Of a stretch of 64,000 nt of DNA, positions 47,826 through 58,619 are shown one piece after another. A program made the position numbers and the translations under genes. The notes beneath the pieces are model-generated. The model saw nothing but the letters and a program-made list of their open reading frames with translations, ran no database searches and was not told the origin of the DNA. The stretch covers positions 8,352-72,351 of the forward strand of contig JBBRFL010000002.1 of the NCBI GenBank assembly GCA_038224325.1, in the 5' to 3' direction. Position 1 is the first letter of the stretch. The number at the start of each line of letters is the position of its first letter. The stretch is from Thermoanaerobaculia bacterium (lineage in GTDB: Bacteria; Acidobacteriota; Thermoanaerobaculia; UBA5066; Gp7-AA6).

Positions 47826-49082
47826 CTAGTCCGGCTTGGAAAACGGCAGGGGCTCGGTCCTCGGGGGCATCGCCCGCTTCGCCTCCTCGGCCTTTTCCCA
47901 GAACCGCAGGAAGTTCTCTCCCAGGACGCCCCGCACCTCCTCCTCGGAGTGCCCTCGGCGGAGGAGCTCCTCGGTCAGTTTCGGAAGCTTCGAGACGTCC
48001 TCGAGCCCGGCGGGAGGGTCCTCGATCCCGTCGAAGTCCGTGCCGAGGCCGGCGGCGTGCGGCCCTCCGATCTTCAGGACCCGCTCGATGTGATCGACGG
48101 CCAGCTTCCAGTCGGCGTCGGGGTACTTGACGGTGTTTACGACCTTTCGGACCTCCGCTTCGCGCGCCTTCGCGTCGTCCTTGAGCTTCTCGCGGATCTC
48201 CACGATCCGGGGCATGAGCGCCCTGCGGGCCGCGAGGTACACGTCCACGGACTTCTGGTCGAGGAAGAGCGTGCTGACGTTGACCATGACGACCCCGCCG
48301 CCGGCGGCGATGGACCGGATCTGGTCGTCGGTCAGGTTGCGCGGGATGTCGGCGAGCGCGCGGCAGGAGGAATGAGACGCGAAGACCGGCGCCTTCGACG
48401 CCGCGAGCGTATCGGCGATCGTCTTGTCGGAGACGTGCGAGACGTCGACGAGGATGCCGAGGCGGTTCATCTCGAGGACGACCTGGCGGCCGAGGTCGGT
48501 CAACCCGTCGTGGATCGCGACCTTCTTCGGATCGAAGTCGATGCTGAAGAAGTTGCCCGCGGAGTCGGCCCAGCCGTTGGTGTTGGTGTGGGTCAGCGTC
48601 ATGTACCGCACGCCCAGGCGGTAGTAGGCCGACAGCGCGCCGAGCGAGTCCTCGATCGCGTGGCCGCCCTCGATTCCGATCAGGATCGCGATCTTCCCGT
48701 CCTTCTTCGCCTGGCGGATCCCGGCCACCGAGTCGGTGAAGACGAGGTCCTTCGGGTGCGCCTCGGCCAGGCGGTGGATCAGGTCGATGTACTCGAGAGC
48801 CTTCTTCGCGGATCCCCCGGACTTCGCGTAGTCGGCGCTGACGTACGCGGCGAGGAACGGGGCCGTGACGCCACCCTCCCGCCAGCGCGGGATGTCGACG
48901 TGGCCGACCGTGTTGCGAACGGAGAGATCCACCCACTTCGACTCGAGCGTCTCCGGCACGTCCTCGTGGGTGTCCACAACGATCGCGGAGCGATGGAGGC
49001 GCAGGGCCTTCTCGTGGAGGTCCTCGCCGGCCGCCAGGCCCGCCGCGAGGAAGAGAATGCCGACGCCGGCGAGTTTTTTCAT
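47826..49082 (-). CDS. Membrane dipeptidase (peptidase family M19, renal dipeptidase-like)
   Basis: A signal peptide and M19 motifs are present ([44 protein letters not shown]). The product is 418 aa. I split it from the longer ORF track entry. Confidence 0.8.
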   Translation of the reverse strand: MKKLAGVGILFLAAGLAAGEDLHEKALRLHRSAIVVDTHEDVPETLESKWVDLSVRNTVGHVDIPRWREGGVTAPFLAAYVSADYAKSGGSAKKALEYIDLIHRLAEAHPKDLVFTDSVAGIRQAKKDGKIAILIGIEGGHAIEDSLGALSAYYRLGVRYMTLTHTNTNGWADSAGNFFSIDFDPKKVAIHDGLTDLGRQVVLEMNRLGILVDVSHVSDKTIADTLAASKAPVFASHSSCRALADIPRNLTDDQIRSIAAGGGVVMVNVSTLFLDQKSVDVYLAARRALMPRIVEIREKLKDDAKAREAEVRKVVNTVKYPDADWKLAVDHIERVLKIGGPHAAGLGTDFDGIEDPPAGLEDVSKLPKLTEELLRRGHSEEEVRGVLGENFLRFWEKAEEAKRAMPPRTEPLPFSKPD

Positions 49083-49129
49083 GCGCGAGAGGCTATACCA
49101 GCGCGCCGGTCCGGAGCGGAGGATCCTCG

Positions 49130-49693
49130 CTAGGGCGCCGGGCAGGGCGCGCCCGCGGCGGCCCACCGATCGAAGGCCGCGACGAACTCGGCGTGCGGGA
49201 CCGACACCGGCGCGCGTCCGACTCCGGGACTCCAGCCCCACAGCACGAGCTGGTCGCTCGCGACGTGCTTCCTCAGGGCCGCCATGTCCCTTCCGCCGTT
49301 CGCGCTCGGGTCCTTGATCACGCGGCAGAGGTCGGCGGAGGAGAGGCCGATGAAGACCATTTTGCGCTCGGGCGGCGGCAGCTTCCAGTGCGGCGCTCCG
49401 GGAGGCATGTGTTCGCCGTAGCTCGACGGGGGGTTGACCTGCGCGTGGCACGTCGCGCACTTCAATCCGGGCGCTCCCGCCCCGTCGGCGCCGCGCTGGA
49501 CGTTCTGGGCGTGCGTCAGGCCGGCGTCGAACTGGAGCGGCGCGTCCCCCGGGATGTGGCAGTTCTGGCAGCGCGGGTGCTGCAGCACGGCGCGCACGGT
49601 CTCGAACGCCGCCACGCCCTTCGGCGAGATCTGGGCCGGCGCGGACCAGGACACCGCGCAGAGCGCGCCACCGGCGATCCCGAGGATCAGCAT
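49130..49693 (-). CDS. Cytochrome c subunit (two CxxCH) of the adjacent molybdenum hydroxylase
   Basis: A signal peptide and two heme motifs (CQNCH and CATCH) are present. The product is 187 aa and lies directly downstream of the Mo-binding subunit. The coordinate was derived from frame arithmetic. Confidence 0.6.
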   Translation of the reverse strand: MLILGIAGGALCAVSWSAPAQISPKGVAAFETVRAVLQHPRCQNCHIPGDAPLQFDAGLTHAQNVQRGADGAGAPGLKCATCHAQVNPPSSYGEHMPPGAPHWKLPPPERKMVFIGLSSADLCRVIKDPSANGGRDMAALRKHVASDQLVLWGWSPGVGRAPVSVPHAEFVAAFDRWAAAGAPCPAP

Positions 49694-49701
49694 CGCGCGC
49701 C

Positions 49702-51837
49702 TCACGCGATCCTCAGTGGGAGCCGACGCAGCCGTTTTCCGGTCGCGGCGAAGACGGCATTGGCCACGGCGGGCGCGATGGGCGGCGTGCCGGGCTCTCC
49801 GACCCCCCCGGATTTCTCCCCGCTCTCGACGATGTGCACCTCCACCCTCGGCATCTCGTTCATGCGAAGGATCGGATAGTCGTGGAAGTTGGACTGCTGC
49901 ACGCGGCCCTCCTTCAGGGTGATCTCCCCGTACAGCGCGGCGGACAGGCCGTACACGACCGCCGACTCCACCTGCGCCGCCACACCCGCCGGATTGATGC
50001 AGATGCCGCAATCGATGGCCGCCACGACGCGGTGCACGCGAATCCTGCCCTTCTCGACGGAGACGTCCGCGACCTGCGCCACGTAGCTTCCGAAGCAGTG
50101 GTGCACCGCGACTCCGCGGAACTGGCCCGGCGGCGGCGCGGCGCCCGCCTTCGCGACCGCGAGATCGAGCGCCCCCAGGTGCCGCGGAGAGCGCCCGAGG
50201 AGCGCGCGCCGGTAGGCGATGGGATCCTGCCCGGCGGCGGCCGCGAGCGCGTCGATCATCGTCTCCATCACGAACGCCGTGTGCGTGTTCCCGACCGAGC
50301 GCCACCAGAGGACCGGAACGGCGGACTTCGGGGAGTGCAGGCCGACGAAGTGATGCGGCGTGGCCGCGAGGTACGGCGAATCCGCGGCCCCCTCGACGGA
50401 GGTCTCGTCGACGCCCTCCTTGATCATCATCGCGAACGGCGTCCCGTCCATGATCGACTGGCCCACGATCTGCTGGCGCCACGCGGCCGGCTTGCCGTCG
50501 TCGCCCAGGCCCACCGAGAGACGGTGCGCGCACATGGGCCGGTAGTAGCCGCCCCGCATGTCGTCCTCGCGCGTCCACACGACCTTCACGGGCACGCCGG
50601 CAGCCTTCGCCACGTGGACGGCCTCGGCGACGAAGTCGTTCGCGGGGTTCGCGCGCCGGCCGAAACCGCCGCCGAGAAAGGTCGTGTGGATCTTGACCTG
50701 CTCCGGCTTCAGACCGGTGATCTTCGCGGCCGCAGCCTGGTCCCCGGTCTGGAACTGGGTTCCCGTCCAGATGTCGCAGGAGTCCGGGCCGATCCGGACG
50801 GCGCAGTTCAACGGTTCCATCGCCGCGTGGGCGAGAAACGGGAACTCGTACTCCGCCTCGACCTTAGTCTTCGCCGACGCGAGCGCCGCCTCGACGTTCC
50901 CCGCCGCGGCGGCCTTCATCCCGTCCTTGCCCGCGAGCGCGAGGTAGTCCTTCCACATCGCCGCGGAGTCCAGGCTCCCCCCGGCCCCCGGATCCCAGTC
51001 GATCTCGAGCACGTCGCGGCCGATCTTCGCCGCCCAGAAGTGGTCCGCTACGACGGCGATTCCCGAGGGCACCGCGACGACGGCCGTCACGCCCGGCACC
51101 GCCTTCGCCTTCTCGGATCGGAAGGTCTTGACCTTCCCGCCGAAGACGGGCGCCCGCGCGACGAGCGCGGTCTTCATGCCGGGCATCTGCACGTCGATAC
51201 CGAATTGCGCCGCTCCGGTCACCTTCTCGGGAGCGTCGAGCCGCCGGGTGGGCTTGCCGAGGATCTTCCAGTCCTTGCGGTCCTTCAGCTTTACGGCGGC
51301 CGGGGGGGTCCGGGCCTGCGCGGCCTTCGCGAGGGAGCCGAAGGAGGCCCGACGGTTTCCCGACAGCACGAAGCCCGCCTCCGCGCGGCAGTCGGACGCC
51401 GGCACCTTCCACCGCGCGGCCGCCGCGGCGACCAGCATCTCTCGGGCGATCGCCCCGACCTGCCGGTACCGGTCGAGCTCCGAGTAGGTCGAGCTCGATC
51501 CTCCCGTCATCTGAACTCCGAATCCCGTGTGCGCGTACACGGGGGCAGCGGGAGCGGTCTCGACGCGAATCCGCCCCCAGTCGCACTCGAGCTCCTCGGC
51601 CACCATCATCGGGAGCGTGGTCCAGACGCCCTGACCCATCTCGGAGTGCGCGAGCAGCACGGTGACCATGTCGTCCTCGCCGATGCGCAGGAACGCGTCC
51701 GGGGGCGGCAGCGGCTTCGCGGCGCCGGCGGCCTGGAGCGCCCGGACGCCCCGCGCTGGCGCGACCGTGAACGCGATGACGAGGCCGGTCGAGGTCTTGA
51801 GGAACTTCCGGCGCGAGAACTCGGACGGGCGGCTCAC
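49702..51837 (-). CDS. Molybdopterin-binding large subunit of a xanthine dehydrogenase-family oxidoreductase (isoquinoline 1-oxidoreductase or membrane aldehyde dehydrogenase beta-subunit type)
   Basis: A Tat signal ([11 protein letters not shown]) follows a GTG start that overlaps the small-subunit TGA. Mo-cofactor binding domain motifs are present (GGGFGRR, EPLNCAV). The product is 711 aa. Confidence 0.8.
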   Translation of the reverse strand: MSRPSEFSRRKFLKTSTGLVIAFTVAPARGVRALQAAGAAKPLPPPDAFLRIGEDDMVTVLLAHSEMGQGVWTTLPMMVAEELECDWGRIRVETAPAAPVYAHTGFGVQMTGGSSSTYSELDRYRQVGAIAREMLVAAAAARWKVPASDCRAEAGFVLSGNRRASFGSLAKAAQARTPPAAVKLKDRKDWKILGKPTRRLDAPEKVTGAAQFGIDVQMPGMKTALVARAPVFGGKVKTFRSEKAKAVPGVTAVVAVPSGIAVVADHFWAAKIGRDVLEIDWDPGAGGSLDSAAMWKDYLALAGKDGMKAAAAGNVEAALASAKTKVEAEYEFPFLAHAAMEPLNCAVRIGPDSCDIWTGTQFQTGDQAAAAKITGLKPEQVKIHTTFLGGGFGRRANPANDFVAEAVHVAKAAGVPVKVVWTREDDMRGGYYRPMCAHRLSVGLGDDGKPAAWRQQIVGQSIMDGTPFAMMIKEGVDETSVEGAADSPYLAATPHHFVGLHSPKSAVPVLWWRSVGNTHTAFVMETMIDALAAAAGQDPIAYRRALLGRSPRHLGALDLAVAKAGAAPPPGQFRGVAVHHCFGSYVAQVADVSVEKGRIRVHRVVAAIDCGICINPAGVAAQVESAVVYGLSAALYGEITLKEGRVQQSNFHDYPILRMNEMPRVEVHIVESGEKSGGVGEPGTPPIAPAVANAVFAATGKRLRRLPLRIA

Positions 51838-52301
51838 GCCTTGCCTCCCGCCGTCGTCAGACCCGCGGCGATATGCACGGCCTCGCGAATCCGCTGGTAG
51901 GTCCCGCAGCGGCAGAGACTGGCGGAGAGCGCGGCGTCGATGTCGGCGTCGGTCGGCTTCGGGACGATCCGGATCAGCGCGGCCGCGGCCATGATCTGTC
52001 CGGGCTGGCAGTAGCCGCACTGCACGACGTCTGCCTGGATCCACGCCCGCTGCACGGGATGGAGTCCCGCGGCTCCGAGTCCCTCGATCGTCGTGACCGC
52101 GTGGCCCGCAACCTCCGAGACCGGGAGCACACACGATCGCCGCGCCTCCCCGTCGACGTGCACCGTGCACGCGCCGCACTGGGCCATGCCGCATCCGTAC
52201 TTGGTGCCGGTCAGGCCGAGCAGGTCGCGGAGCACCCAGAGCAGGGGCATGTCCGGCGGAGCTTCGACGTTCCGAGTCTTGCCGTTCACGTTCAGTTTCA
52301 C
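51834..52301 (-). CDS. (2Fe-2S)-binding small subunit of a molybdenum hydroxylase
   Basis: The motifs [12 protein letters not shown] and [16 protein letters not shown] are the two 2Fe-2S cluster signatures. A GTG start is preceded by a GGAGG ribosome-binding site. Confidence 0.8.
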   Translation of the reverse strand: MKLNVNGKTRNVEAPPDMPLLWVLRDLLGLTGTKYGCGMAQCGACTVHVDGEARRSCVLPVSEVAGHAVTTIEGLGAAGLHPVQRAWIQADVVQCGYCQPGQIMAAAALIRIVPKPTDADIDAALSASLCRCGTYQRIREAVHIAAGLTTAGGKA

Positions 52302-52326
52302 GGTGCCTCCGGCGGTTTCTCGCACG

Positions 52327-53463
52327 CTACCACGAGCGTTGGGAGGGGATCGCTCCGCCCCAGTCGCCGGGGGCGATCTTCTCCTCCGGCGGCGCGGCAA
52401 GCGCGGACAGCGTGCCCGCGGCGATGGCCATCCGGATCTTCCGCATCCATTCCAGATAGAAGTAAACGTTGTGGATGGAGATCAGCATGGGCGCCGAGAA
52501 GTCCTTCACCACGAACAGGTGTCTCAGGTACGCGCGGCTGTGGCGCCGGCAGACCGGGCAGCCGCACTCGGGGTCGAGCGGCGCGAGGTCCTCCCGAAAG
52601 CACTCGTGCTTGATCACGATCTCGCCGCGTCCGCTGTACGCGTGGCCCATGCGGCCGTTGCGCGTCGGCAGAACGCAGTCGAAGAGGTCGATGCCCGCGC
52701 GCACGGACGCGAGGATGTCGGCGGGCGTCCCGACGCCCATGAGGTATCGGGGCCGGTCCTCGGGCAGCAGCGCCGCCGAAAGCTCCGTGACCTCCCGGAT
52801 CGCCTCCTTGGACTCGCCGACCGCGACACCGCCGATCGCGTAGCCCAGGAAGTCCAGCTCGCACAGGCGCGCCGCGCTCCCCCGCCGCAGGTCCTCGTGC
52901 GCCCCGCCCTGCAGGATCCCGAAGGGGAGGCCTTCGCCGCTCCACGCTCGCCGGCAGCGCTCCGCCCAGGCGAGGGTGAGCCGGCACGCCTCCTCGACCT
53001 CTCCGCGCTCCGCCGGAAAGGGCGGGCAGACGTCGAGGGCCATCGCGATGTCGACGCCGAAGGCCGACTGCAGCTCCATCGCGCGCTCGGGCGTCAGGAA
53101 ATGCTTCGCGCCGTCCTCCGGCGCGCGGAACTCCACGCCCTCCTCCGTGATGCGGCGGCGCGCCGAGAGACTCATCACCTGGAAGCCGCCCGAGTCGGTC
53201 AGGATCGCGCGCGGCCAGCCGATGAACTCGTGGAGCCCGCCCGCCCGCCTGATCGTCTCGATCCCGGGGCGCGCCATCAGGTGGTACGTGTTGGCCAGCA
53301 CCGCCCGGCAGTCCCACCCTTCGAGAAGGTCGAACGACACGCCCTTGACGGCGCCGCGGGTGCCCACGGGGAGAAAGCACGGGGTCTCGATCGCGGCGCG
53401 CCGCGTCGAGAGGACGCCCCGGCGTGCGGAGGATCCCGGATCGCGCGCGAGAATCTCGAACAC
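52327..53463 (-). CDS. tgt: Queuine tRNA-ribosyltransferase (tRNA-guanine transglycosylase)
   Basis: The motifs [25 protein letters not shown] and a zinc site (CxCxxC...H) are present. The product is 378 aa. Confidence 0.9.
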   Translation of the reverse strand: MFEILARDPGSSARRGVLSTRRAAIETPCFLPVGTRGAVKGVSFDLLEGWDCRAVLANTYHLMARPGIETIRRAGGLHEFIGWPRAILTDSGGFQVMSLSARRRITEEGVEFRAPEDGAKHFLTPERAMELQSAFGVDIAMALDVCPPFPAERGEVEEACRLTLAWAERCRRAWSGEGLPFGILQGGAHEDLRRGSAARLCELDFLGYAIGGVAVGESKEAIREVTELSAALLPEDRPRYLMGVGTPADILASVRAGIDLFDCVLPTRNGRMGHAYSGRGEIVIKHECFREDLAPLDPECGCPVCRRHSRAYLRHLFVVKDFSAPMLISIHNVYFYLEWMRKIRMAIAAGTLSALAAPPEEKIAPGDWGGAIPSQRSW

Positions 53464-53470
53464 GTCGGAG

Positions 53471-54673
53471 CTAGAAGCGCAGCCGGGCCCCGACCGCGGC
53501 CCCGAGGTCCTGGCGATCCCGGTCGGTTGGATTTACGCCGCCCCGGGGCGAGAGGAGGACCGAGGCGTCGACCGAGAGAATCGGCCCCCGGAAGCCCACG
53601 CCGGCCGAGACCGCCCAGTGGGGGTTCGAAGCCGCGAAATCGTGGAAGGCTCCGGCGCGAAACGCGAACAGGGGGACCCGGCCCTCGACGCCGAGCGACA
53701 GCTGGCGGCTCTTCGCGCCCGGAGCCAGCGTGTCGCTCTCGAGCAGGTCTCCATCCGCCGCCACCGTCAGGAACGGCAGGGGATCGACCGCGATGCCGCC
53801 GCGCAGCTGTCGCGGAAGAGGCAGCGCGGCGGGCGCCGACGGTACGCTGGCGACGTCGAACTTCGGCTGGTTGAGCGAAACACCCGTCAAGCCGACCCGG
53901 AGGATTCCGAGATTCACCATCGCGCCGAGGTCGAAGGCGAACTTCGTGCCGTCTCGCGCGTTCTCCTGGAACGCCTCGCGGACGAGGCTCGAGAGATTCT
54001 TGTTCGGGCACTCGTCGAAGAGCCCGCAGTGCTCGAAATAGGTGCGGCCGAAGACCAGCCGGGCCGCGCCCCCGACGAGGACCGTCCCGCCCAAAAACCC
54101 CCGCCCGTAGGCGAGCCGGATCTCGCGGGCGGAGAGCCCGGCGAAGGAGAGCCCGGTCTGGTTGAACGACAGTCCGTCGGCGGGGCCGCCCGCCGGGACG
54201 ATATGGACGAGGTCGATGACGGGATAGACGGCGGCATACGGGACGTCCCCGACGGACAGCGCGAACCCCCTGTACGCGGCCGCGACTCCGGCGACCCCCG
54301 AGAAGAGGACGCTCGTGTCCTCGCGAGTCAGGCTCGTCAGTCCGTCGAGGAGCTCCGGCAGCCGACCGAGATCCCCTCCGTGAGCGATCGCGTCGAACGG
54401 CAGCCCGGTCAGGGTGTCGATCGTGCGGAGCAGGTCGTTGCGGCTGGACGCGACTCCTCCCGCGAAAACCTGGACGTTCCAGCCGTCGAGGCGGCCGAGG
54501 GCGGCGGGGTTCGACCAGGCCGCGCTGGCATCGTCGACCGCGGCCACCTGCGCGCCGCCCATCCCCAACGCCCTCGCTCCGGCCCACGGGAATTGCGCGC
54601 CGGCGGGGCTCGCGACCGTCCAGAGGCCGGCGAAAACGACGCCGAGGACGAAATGCCGTTGCCCGTGTTTCAT
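53471..54673 (-). CDS. Outer membrane beta-barrel protein of the OMPP1/FadL/TodX family
   Basis: A signal peptide is present. The N-terminal motif ALGMGGAQVAAVDDASAAWSNPAAL parallels FadL ([26 protein letters not shown]). The product ends in a C-terminal Phe. Confidence 0.55.
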   Translation of the reverse strand: MKHGQRHFVLGVVFAGLWTVASPAGAQFPWAGARALGMGGAQVAAVDDASAAWSNPAALGRLDGWNVQVFAGGVASSRNDLLRTIDTLTGLPFDAIAHGGDLGRLPELLDGLTSLTREDTSVLFSGVAGVAAAYRGFALSVGDVPYAAVYPVIDLVHIVPAGGPADGLSFNQTGLSFAGLSAREIRLAYGRGFLGGTVLVGGAARLVFGRTYFEHCGLFDECPNKNLSSLVREAFQENARDGTKFAFDLGAMVNLGILRVGLTGVSLNQPKFDVASVPSAPAALPLPRQLRGGIAVDPLPFLTVAADGDLLESDTLAPGAKSRQLSLGVEGRVPLFAFRAGAFHDFAASNPHWAVSAGVGFRGPILSVDASVLLSPRGGVNPTDRDRQDLGAAVGARLRF

Positions 54674-54852
54674 CCGTCCGGATCCTAGCAGGCCGTCGAA
54701 AAATTGGTGCGGGTGGCGCGTTCGAGGGTGTCGGCCGCATCCGCTGGAAACTCTCGGCTGCCGGTCGCGAAGCGATCGCCGCGGCCGAAAGCCGGCTCTC
54801 GGTTGACCCCCGAAAACCTGCGTGCTAGGTTTGGCCGCCTTTCGAGGGGGAA

Positions 54853-55158
54853 ATGCCGGATCTCGGAAAAAAGTACGAGTGCTTCCACTGCCACACGAAG
54901 TTCTACAACCTCGGCAAGCCGGATCCCATCTGTCCGAAGTGCGGCGCGAATCAGAAGAACGCGAAGTCCGACGACGCTCCTCCGCCGCCGCGTCCCGCCC
55001 GTCGAACCCTCCTCGAGACCATCCCCGATGAGAATCCGCCGGAATTCGGCGAAGAGGGTCCCGCGGAGCCGGCGGAGGAAGCCGATCTCGACGACGACGA
55101 ACTCGAAGAAGGCGCCGAGCCGCGCGAGGCCGAGGAAGAAGAGGAAGAGGTCTACTGA
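54853..55158 (+). CDS. TIGR02300-type (FYDLN_acid) zinc-ribbon protein with an acidic tail
   Basis: The core CFHCHTKFYNLGKPDPICPKCG (a CxxC pair flanking a KFYxL motif) is followed by a Pro-rich segment and a long D/E low-complexity tail (EEADLDDDELEEGAEPREAEEEEEEVY). Confidence 0.6.
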   Translation: MPDLGKKYECFHCHTKFYNLGKPDPICPKCGANQKNAKSDDAPPPPRPARRTLLETIPDENPPEFGEEGPAEPAEEADLDDDELEEGAEPREAEEEEEEVY

Positions 55159-55185
55159 CCTCGGTCGCCCCGACGCGCGGACCGC

Positions 55186-55693
55186 CTACCTCGCGCTCGG
55201 ATCCAACCGCGGCAATCGCCGCTCGCACCTGGAAGGCGCGCTCCGAGCCATCACCGGCATCGCGCCCGTCCTCGCCGTCTCGTCCTTCTATCGCACCGAC
55301 CCGGTGGGCTTCCGCGCGCAGCCCGCGTTCTGGAACGTGGTGGCGGCGATTCTCTGGACCGGCACGCCCGGCGATCTACTGCGCGCCACGCAGGCCGTCG
55401 AGCGCGCCGTGGGCCGCACCCCGAGCTTCCGCAACGGCCCGCGCGAGATCGACATCGACATCCTGGATCTCGGAGGTCGGCGGCGGGCGGGGCGGGACCC
55501 GATCCTTCCTCATCCGCGGATGGCGCGCCGGCGCTTCGTGCTCGCGCCGCTGGCTGAGATCGCCCCGGACTGGCGGCATCCCGAGACCGGGCTCTGCGCG
55601 GAGGAGCTGCTGGGCGCGCTTCCTCGCCGGCCGCGGGCTACGAGGCTTACTTCCAGGCCGAGAGGTTGGCGCGCGCCTCGTCCTGGATCTTGA
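55186..55693 (+). CDS. folK: 2-amino-4-hydroxy-6-hydroxymethyldihydropteridine pyrophosphokinase (HPPK). The start codon is unresolved.
   Basis: The block AYLALGSNRGNRRSHLEGALRAI...VSSFYRTDPVG...REIDIDILDLG...HPRMARRRFVLAPLAEIAP matches HPPK throughout. No in-frame ATG, GTG or TTG exists between the upstream gene stop and the conserved LALGSN block. The lower coordinate is approximate. Confidence 0.65.
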
Positions 55694-56570
55694 GCTCCTC
55701 GACGAGGTGTTGGGGCGACGGCGTGTCGGACACCAGGCCCTCCTCCAGCGCGACCGCCTCGGCCTGCTCCTTCGCGCTTCCGCGGTGAAGGGCCTCGGCG
55801 AGGAAGTGGCGGTTGACGAAGTTCCGGCTGCTCTTCTGCATCGCGAGGCGCAGGTCCTTGACCGCCTCCGCCTCCGAGACCCAGCCGGTGATGAACGGGA
55901 TCCACGGCGCCTGGTCGTTCAATCGACCGAGGATGCGGTATCCGCCGCCCTCCTCGAAGTCGTCGTCGATGCCGATGACGGTCAGGGAGTAGTCGCGGAT
56001 CTTTTCCGCGGCGCCGGTCTTCGCCGCCTCGATCTTCCCCGAGGCGATCGCCCACTGCCCCCACGCGACCGCGGCCCAAAAGTAGGTCGGCGCCGCGTCG
56101 GAGCGGTCCTTCAGATGTCCCGCGAGCAGCTGCGGCCCGAAATCGAGGATGCCCCGGATTCCGCGCTGCTCGAGGCTCTTTCCGAGGATCCCGATTCCCT
56201 CCTCGGAGACGCGACGGGCCTTCTGGAAGATGGCCTTGCGCCCGTCCTCGTCCATCCCGGTATAGACCCCCTTGAAGTAGAGGGCGCGGACGAGCTTCCA
56301 GCGCGCCTCGACCTGGTCCGGCGCCTGCGACGCCTGATCGTAGGACGCGATCGCCTGGGCGATCGGGCCGGTGCTCGCCAGCGAACCGTTGCGGCCCTCC
56401 TGGCGCTTGGAGTACCACTGGTCGCCCTCGAGGACGAGGGGGTTGGAGGAGAACCCGCGGGACACGTCCGGCCTCCGCGGCGCCGTCTGCTGTCCCGGCT
56501 GGGGCGCCGTCTGCCCGCCGGGCGCGGCCGCAAGCAGGGGGAGAATCAGCGCAATCGCCCAGTGCGGCAT
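55647..56570 (-). CDS. Hypothetical secreted protein (predicted all-alpha)
   Basis: A signal peptide (MPHWAIALILPLLAAAPG) is present. No family was recognised. The 3' end overlaps the 3' end of the folK reading frame by about 47 nt. Confidence 0.4.
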   Translation of the reverse strand: MPHWAIALILPLLAAAPGGQTAPQPGQQTAPRRPDVSRGFSSNPLVLEGDQWYSKRQEGRNGSLASTGPIAQAIASYDQASQAPDQVEARWKLVRALYFKGVYTGMDEDGRKAIFQKARRVSEEGIGILGKSLEQRGIRGILDFGPQLLAGHLKDRSDAAPTYFWAAVAWGQWAIASGKIEAAKTGAAEKIRDYSLTVIGIDDDFEEGGGYRILGRLNDQAPWIPFITGWVSEAEAVKDLRLAMQKSSRNFVNRHFLAEALHRGSAKEQAEAVALEEGLVSDTPSPQHLVEELKIQDEARANLSAWK

Positions 56571-56620
56571 CCGCGAAGTGTAACCCCATCGCCGCGTTAG
56601 ACTCTCAAGCGGAGGATGCC

Positions 56621-56929
56621 ATGACCGACGCCAAGCTCGCCCCCGTCCCCGTCAAGGTCACCATAGACGAGGCGACCTCGGAGGGGCACTACGTGAACTT
56701 CGCCAACATCCTTCACAATCCGACGGAGTTCGTCCTGGACTTCGGGCGGATGGTCCCGGGCCGCCCCGACGCCAAGGTGATGAGCCGCGTTCTGACGACT
56801 CCCTACCACGCCAAGCAGCTCCTGCGGGCGCTTCAGCAGAACATCGAGCTCTACGAGCGCAGCTACGGGGAGATTCGATCCGATTTTCAGAGCCCCGTCA
56901 CCGAGATGACGGACACGAAGACGAACTAG
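56621..56929 (+). CDS. DUF3467 family protein
   Basis: The 102-aa product contains EGHYVNFANILHNPTEFVLDFGRM, matching the conserved DUF3467 core. Confidence 0.5.
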   Translation: MTDAKLAPVPVKVTIDEATSEGHYVNFANILHNPTEFVLDFGRMVPGRPDAKVMSRVLTTPYHAKQLLRALQQNIELYERSYGEIRSDFQSPVTEMTDTKTN

Positions 56930-58023
56930 CCCCGCGCTCCCCTTCCGCGGATGATTCCGCCGCCCCGCACGATGTCTCCGTCGTAGAAGACGCACGACTG
57001 TCCGGGGGCGGCCGCCCGCACGGGGAGGTCGAACTCGACCCGCGCGCCGGAACCGCCGTCTGGTGTCACCGTCGCCGGAACCTCCTCTGCCCGATGGCGG
57101 ATCCTCGCGGAGGCGCGAAACGGCGCGCGCGACTCCGCCGCGGTCGGGCGAAGATCGTCGACCCAGGCCTCCCGGGTCTCGAGGTCGCGCGCGGAGCCGA
57201 CGACGACGCGGTTGGACGCCGCGTCGACCGAGAGCACGTAGAGCCGCTGCGAGGCGGCAATCCCGATCCCTCGCCGCTGGCCGATCGTGTACCGGAAGTG
57301 GCCGGCGTGCGATCCGAGACGAGCGCCGCCCGCGTCCTCCACGAATCCGGGCGCGGAGGGAAGCGCGAGCCCCATGGATTCCGCCTCGCGCGCCACGAAC
57401 TCCCCCGCGCGCGTCCCGGGCGGAACGAAGCAGATCTCCTGGCTCTCCTCCTTGTCGGCGGTGGGCAGGCCGGCGCGGCGCGCGTGGTCGCGCACCTGCG
57501 CTTTCGTGAGCGAGCCGACCGGGAACCGCGCCGCCTCGAGCTGTTCGGCGGTCAGGTCGTAGAGGAAGTAGGACTGGTCCTTCGCCGGATCGATCCCCTT
57601 GCGCAGCACGCGCCGGCCCGTGGCCGGATCGTCTCCCGTGCGTACGTAGTGTCCGGTGGCGACCGCCGCGCAGCCGAGGGCCCGCGCGCGGTCCCAGAGC
57701 GTCGCGAACTTGACCTTCGAGTTGCACGCCGAGCACGGAATCGGCGTCTCCCCCGCGAGATACGACGTCAGAAACGGGCGCACGACATCGCGTCCGAACT
57801 CCTCCTCGAGATTGAGCACGTAGTGGCGGATGCCGAGGGCCCAGGCCACGCGGCGCGCGTCGGCCAGATCGTCGAGGGTGCAGCAGCGCCCGGATCGGCC
57901 CGCCTCGCGCGAATGGTCCCAGAGCTGCATCGAGAGGCCGATGACCTCGTGCCCCTCCTCCTTGAGAAGAAGGGCGGCGACCGAGGAGTCGACTCCCCCC
58001 GACATGGCGACGGCGATGCGCAT
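56926..58023 (-). CDS. mnmA: tRNA-specific 2-thiouridylase MnmA
   Basis: A PP-loop (MRIAVAMSGGVDSSVAA) and catalytic cysteines (PCSACNSKVKF, QEICFV) are present. The product is 365 aa. Confidence 0.9.
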   Translation of the reverse strand: MRIAVAMSGGVDSSVAALLLKEEGHEVIGLSMQLWDHSREAGRSGRCCTLDDLADARRVAWALGIRHYVLNLEEEFGRDVVRPFLTSYLAGETPIPCSACNSKVKFATLWDRARALGCAAVATGHYVRTGDDPATGRRVLRKGIDPAKDQSYFLYDLTAEQLEAARFPVGSLTKAQVRDHARRAGLPTADKEESQEICFVPPGTRAGEFVAREAESMGLALPSAPGFVEDAGGARLGSHAGHFRYTIGQRRGIGIAASQRLYVLSVDAASNRVVVGSARDLETREAWVDDLRPTAAESRAPFRASARIRHRAEEVPATVTPDGGSGARVEFDLPVRAAAPGQSCVFYDGDIVRGGGIIRGRGARG

Positions 58024-58040
58024 GGCGGTCGGTCCCGGGC

Positions 58041-58619
58041 CTAGGCCTCGGTCGCGATCAGCATGAGCGTCGACCCGCCGATCGTGAACTCGCCCTGGTT
58101 CTCCAGGGGGGCGTCCGTGATCTGCTGGTCGCCGACGAATGTGCCGTTCGTCGATCCGAGGTCCCGCAGGAGCACGTCGTTGCCCCGCACCTCGATGGCG
58201 GCATGGTGCCGCGAGATCTCCGGATCGTCCAGCGCGAGGTCCACGTCCTCGCGGCCGAGGACGATCCGCGACTTCTCGATGGCGAACATGCGGCCGGCGT
58301 CCGGCCCGGCGATCACGGCGAGGGACAGCTTGAGGTGGGTCGGCAGCTTGAGCGGGCCCTGCGGATTCGAGCGCGGGGCCGGTGGAGGCGTCTCCTCCCG
58401 GACGGGCTCCTCCCGAGGCGGCTCGGCCGACCGGCGCGTCATCGTCTCGCCCGACACCACGGAGGGCCGGAGCGGCGACGCACCCTCGTAGGACCGGGTA
58501 TTGACCACCTCGAAGATCGTTCGGCACTTCGAGCAGCGCAGCTTCTTGGAGGCCTTCCCCTCGAAACGCGATTCGTCGTAGTGGTACTTCGCGTGGCAGT
58601 GATCGCACTCGACGATCAT
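58041..58619 (-). CDS. MJ0042-type zinc-ribbon and FHA domain protein
   Basis: The N-terminus MIVECDHCHAKY...CSKCRT is a zinc ribbon. A Pro-rich linker follows, then a C-terminal FHA domain (GREDVDLALDDPEISRHHAAIEVRGNDVLLRDLGSTNGTFV). The start overlaps the cysteine desulfurase stop codon (ATGA). Confidence 0.7.
   Translation of the reverse strand: MIVECDHCHAKYHYDESRFEGKASKKLRCSKCRTIFEVVNTRSYEGASPLRPSVVSGETMTRRSAEPPREEPVREETPPPAPRSNPQGPLKLPTHLKLSLAVIAGPDAGRMFAIEKSRIVLGREDVDLALDDPEISRHHAAIEVRGNDVLLRDLGSTNGTFVGDQQITDAPLENQGEFTIGGSTLMLIATEA

Noticed and set aside
54673-54853. A possible tRNA or small RNA in the 180-nt gap between the FadL-like gene and the zinc-ribbon gene
   Set aside because: I looked for a T-arm (GTTCGA) and an acceptor-stem pattern around the gcgcgttcgaggg segment. 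No consistent cloverleaf could be built. It is probably just a promoter region.
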